A DNA stretch of 62,066 bases, counting the filler, from Choristocarpus tenellus KU-1152 (lineage: Eukaryota; Protista; Phaeophyceae), in NCBI GenBank assembly GCA_964200185.2. It is 8 parts of 8 records of this genome, joined end to end, with 100 filler letters (N's around TTAATTAATTAA, not from the genome) between each part and the next. Parts side by side here need not be neighbours in the genome. Positions count along the whole stretch, not along the records: positions 50,498 to 62,066 come from CAXNAD020002243.1; 7 more parts are not named here. The stretch is one strand, 5' to 3'. The notes beneath the pieces were generated by a model. That model ran no database searches. It was given only the letters and a program-made list of their open reading frames with translations, and was not told the DNA's origin. The translations under genes were made by a program, and so were the position numbers. Position 1 is the first letter of the stretch; each line of letters opens with the position of its first letter. Positions 62,021 through 62,066 of the stretch are shown piece by piece.

Positions 62021-62066
62021 AACAGAGGATTTTCAAAATTGAGGATGGAGCGGGGCTATGAGGATG

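Overview
Eukaryotic, repeat-rich draft-assembly window made of eight contigs joined by artificial 100-nt spacers (44 N + TTAATTAATTAA + 44 N). GT-AG introns, TTAGGG-type interstitial repeats and an Ectocarpus-style LRR N-cap exon suggest a stramenopile, possibly a brown alga or relative (inference only). Host genes: a multi-exon hypothetical protein (minus strand, about 1.7-6.8 kb), the last exon of a phytol/dolichol/DAG-kinase-like membrane protein, a low-specificity L-threonine aldolase (5 exons visible, 3' end not found) and an LRR protein fragment. Much of the rest is decayed transposable-element sequence: one complete but degenerate Ty1/copia element (LTR pair, 5-bp TSD), several copia remnants and solo LTRs, a DD39D mariner remnant and at least three kinds of short inverted-repeat elements. 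The most notable structure is a pair of related MITE families (12 and 5 copies or ends). Their ends are bipartite: a terminal AAAGTATCT-containing repeat plus an internal GTCCATTTGG box, with left and right spacers differing by 10-12 bp (about one helical turn). Family A also shows mixed 3- and 4-bp TSDs and an internal hairpin. No autonomous partner was recognised. No prokaryotic-type system (CRISPR etc.) is evident. All alignments and translations were done by eye.
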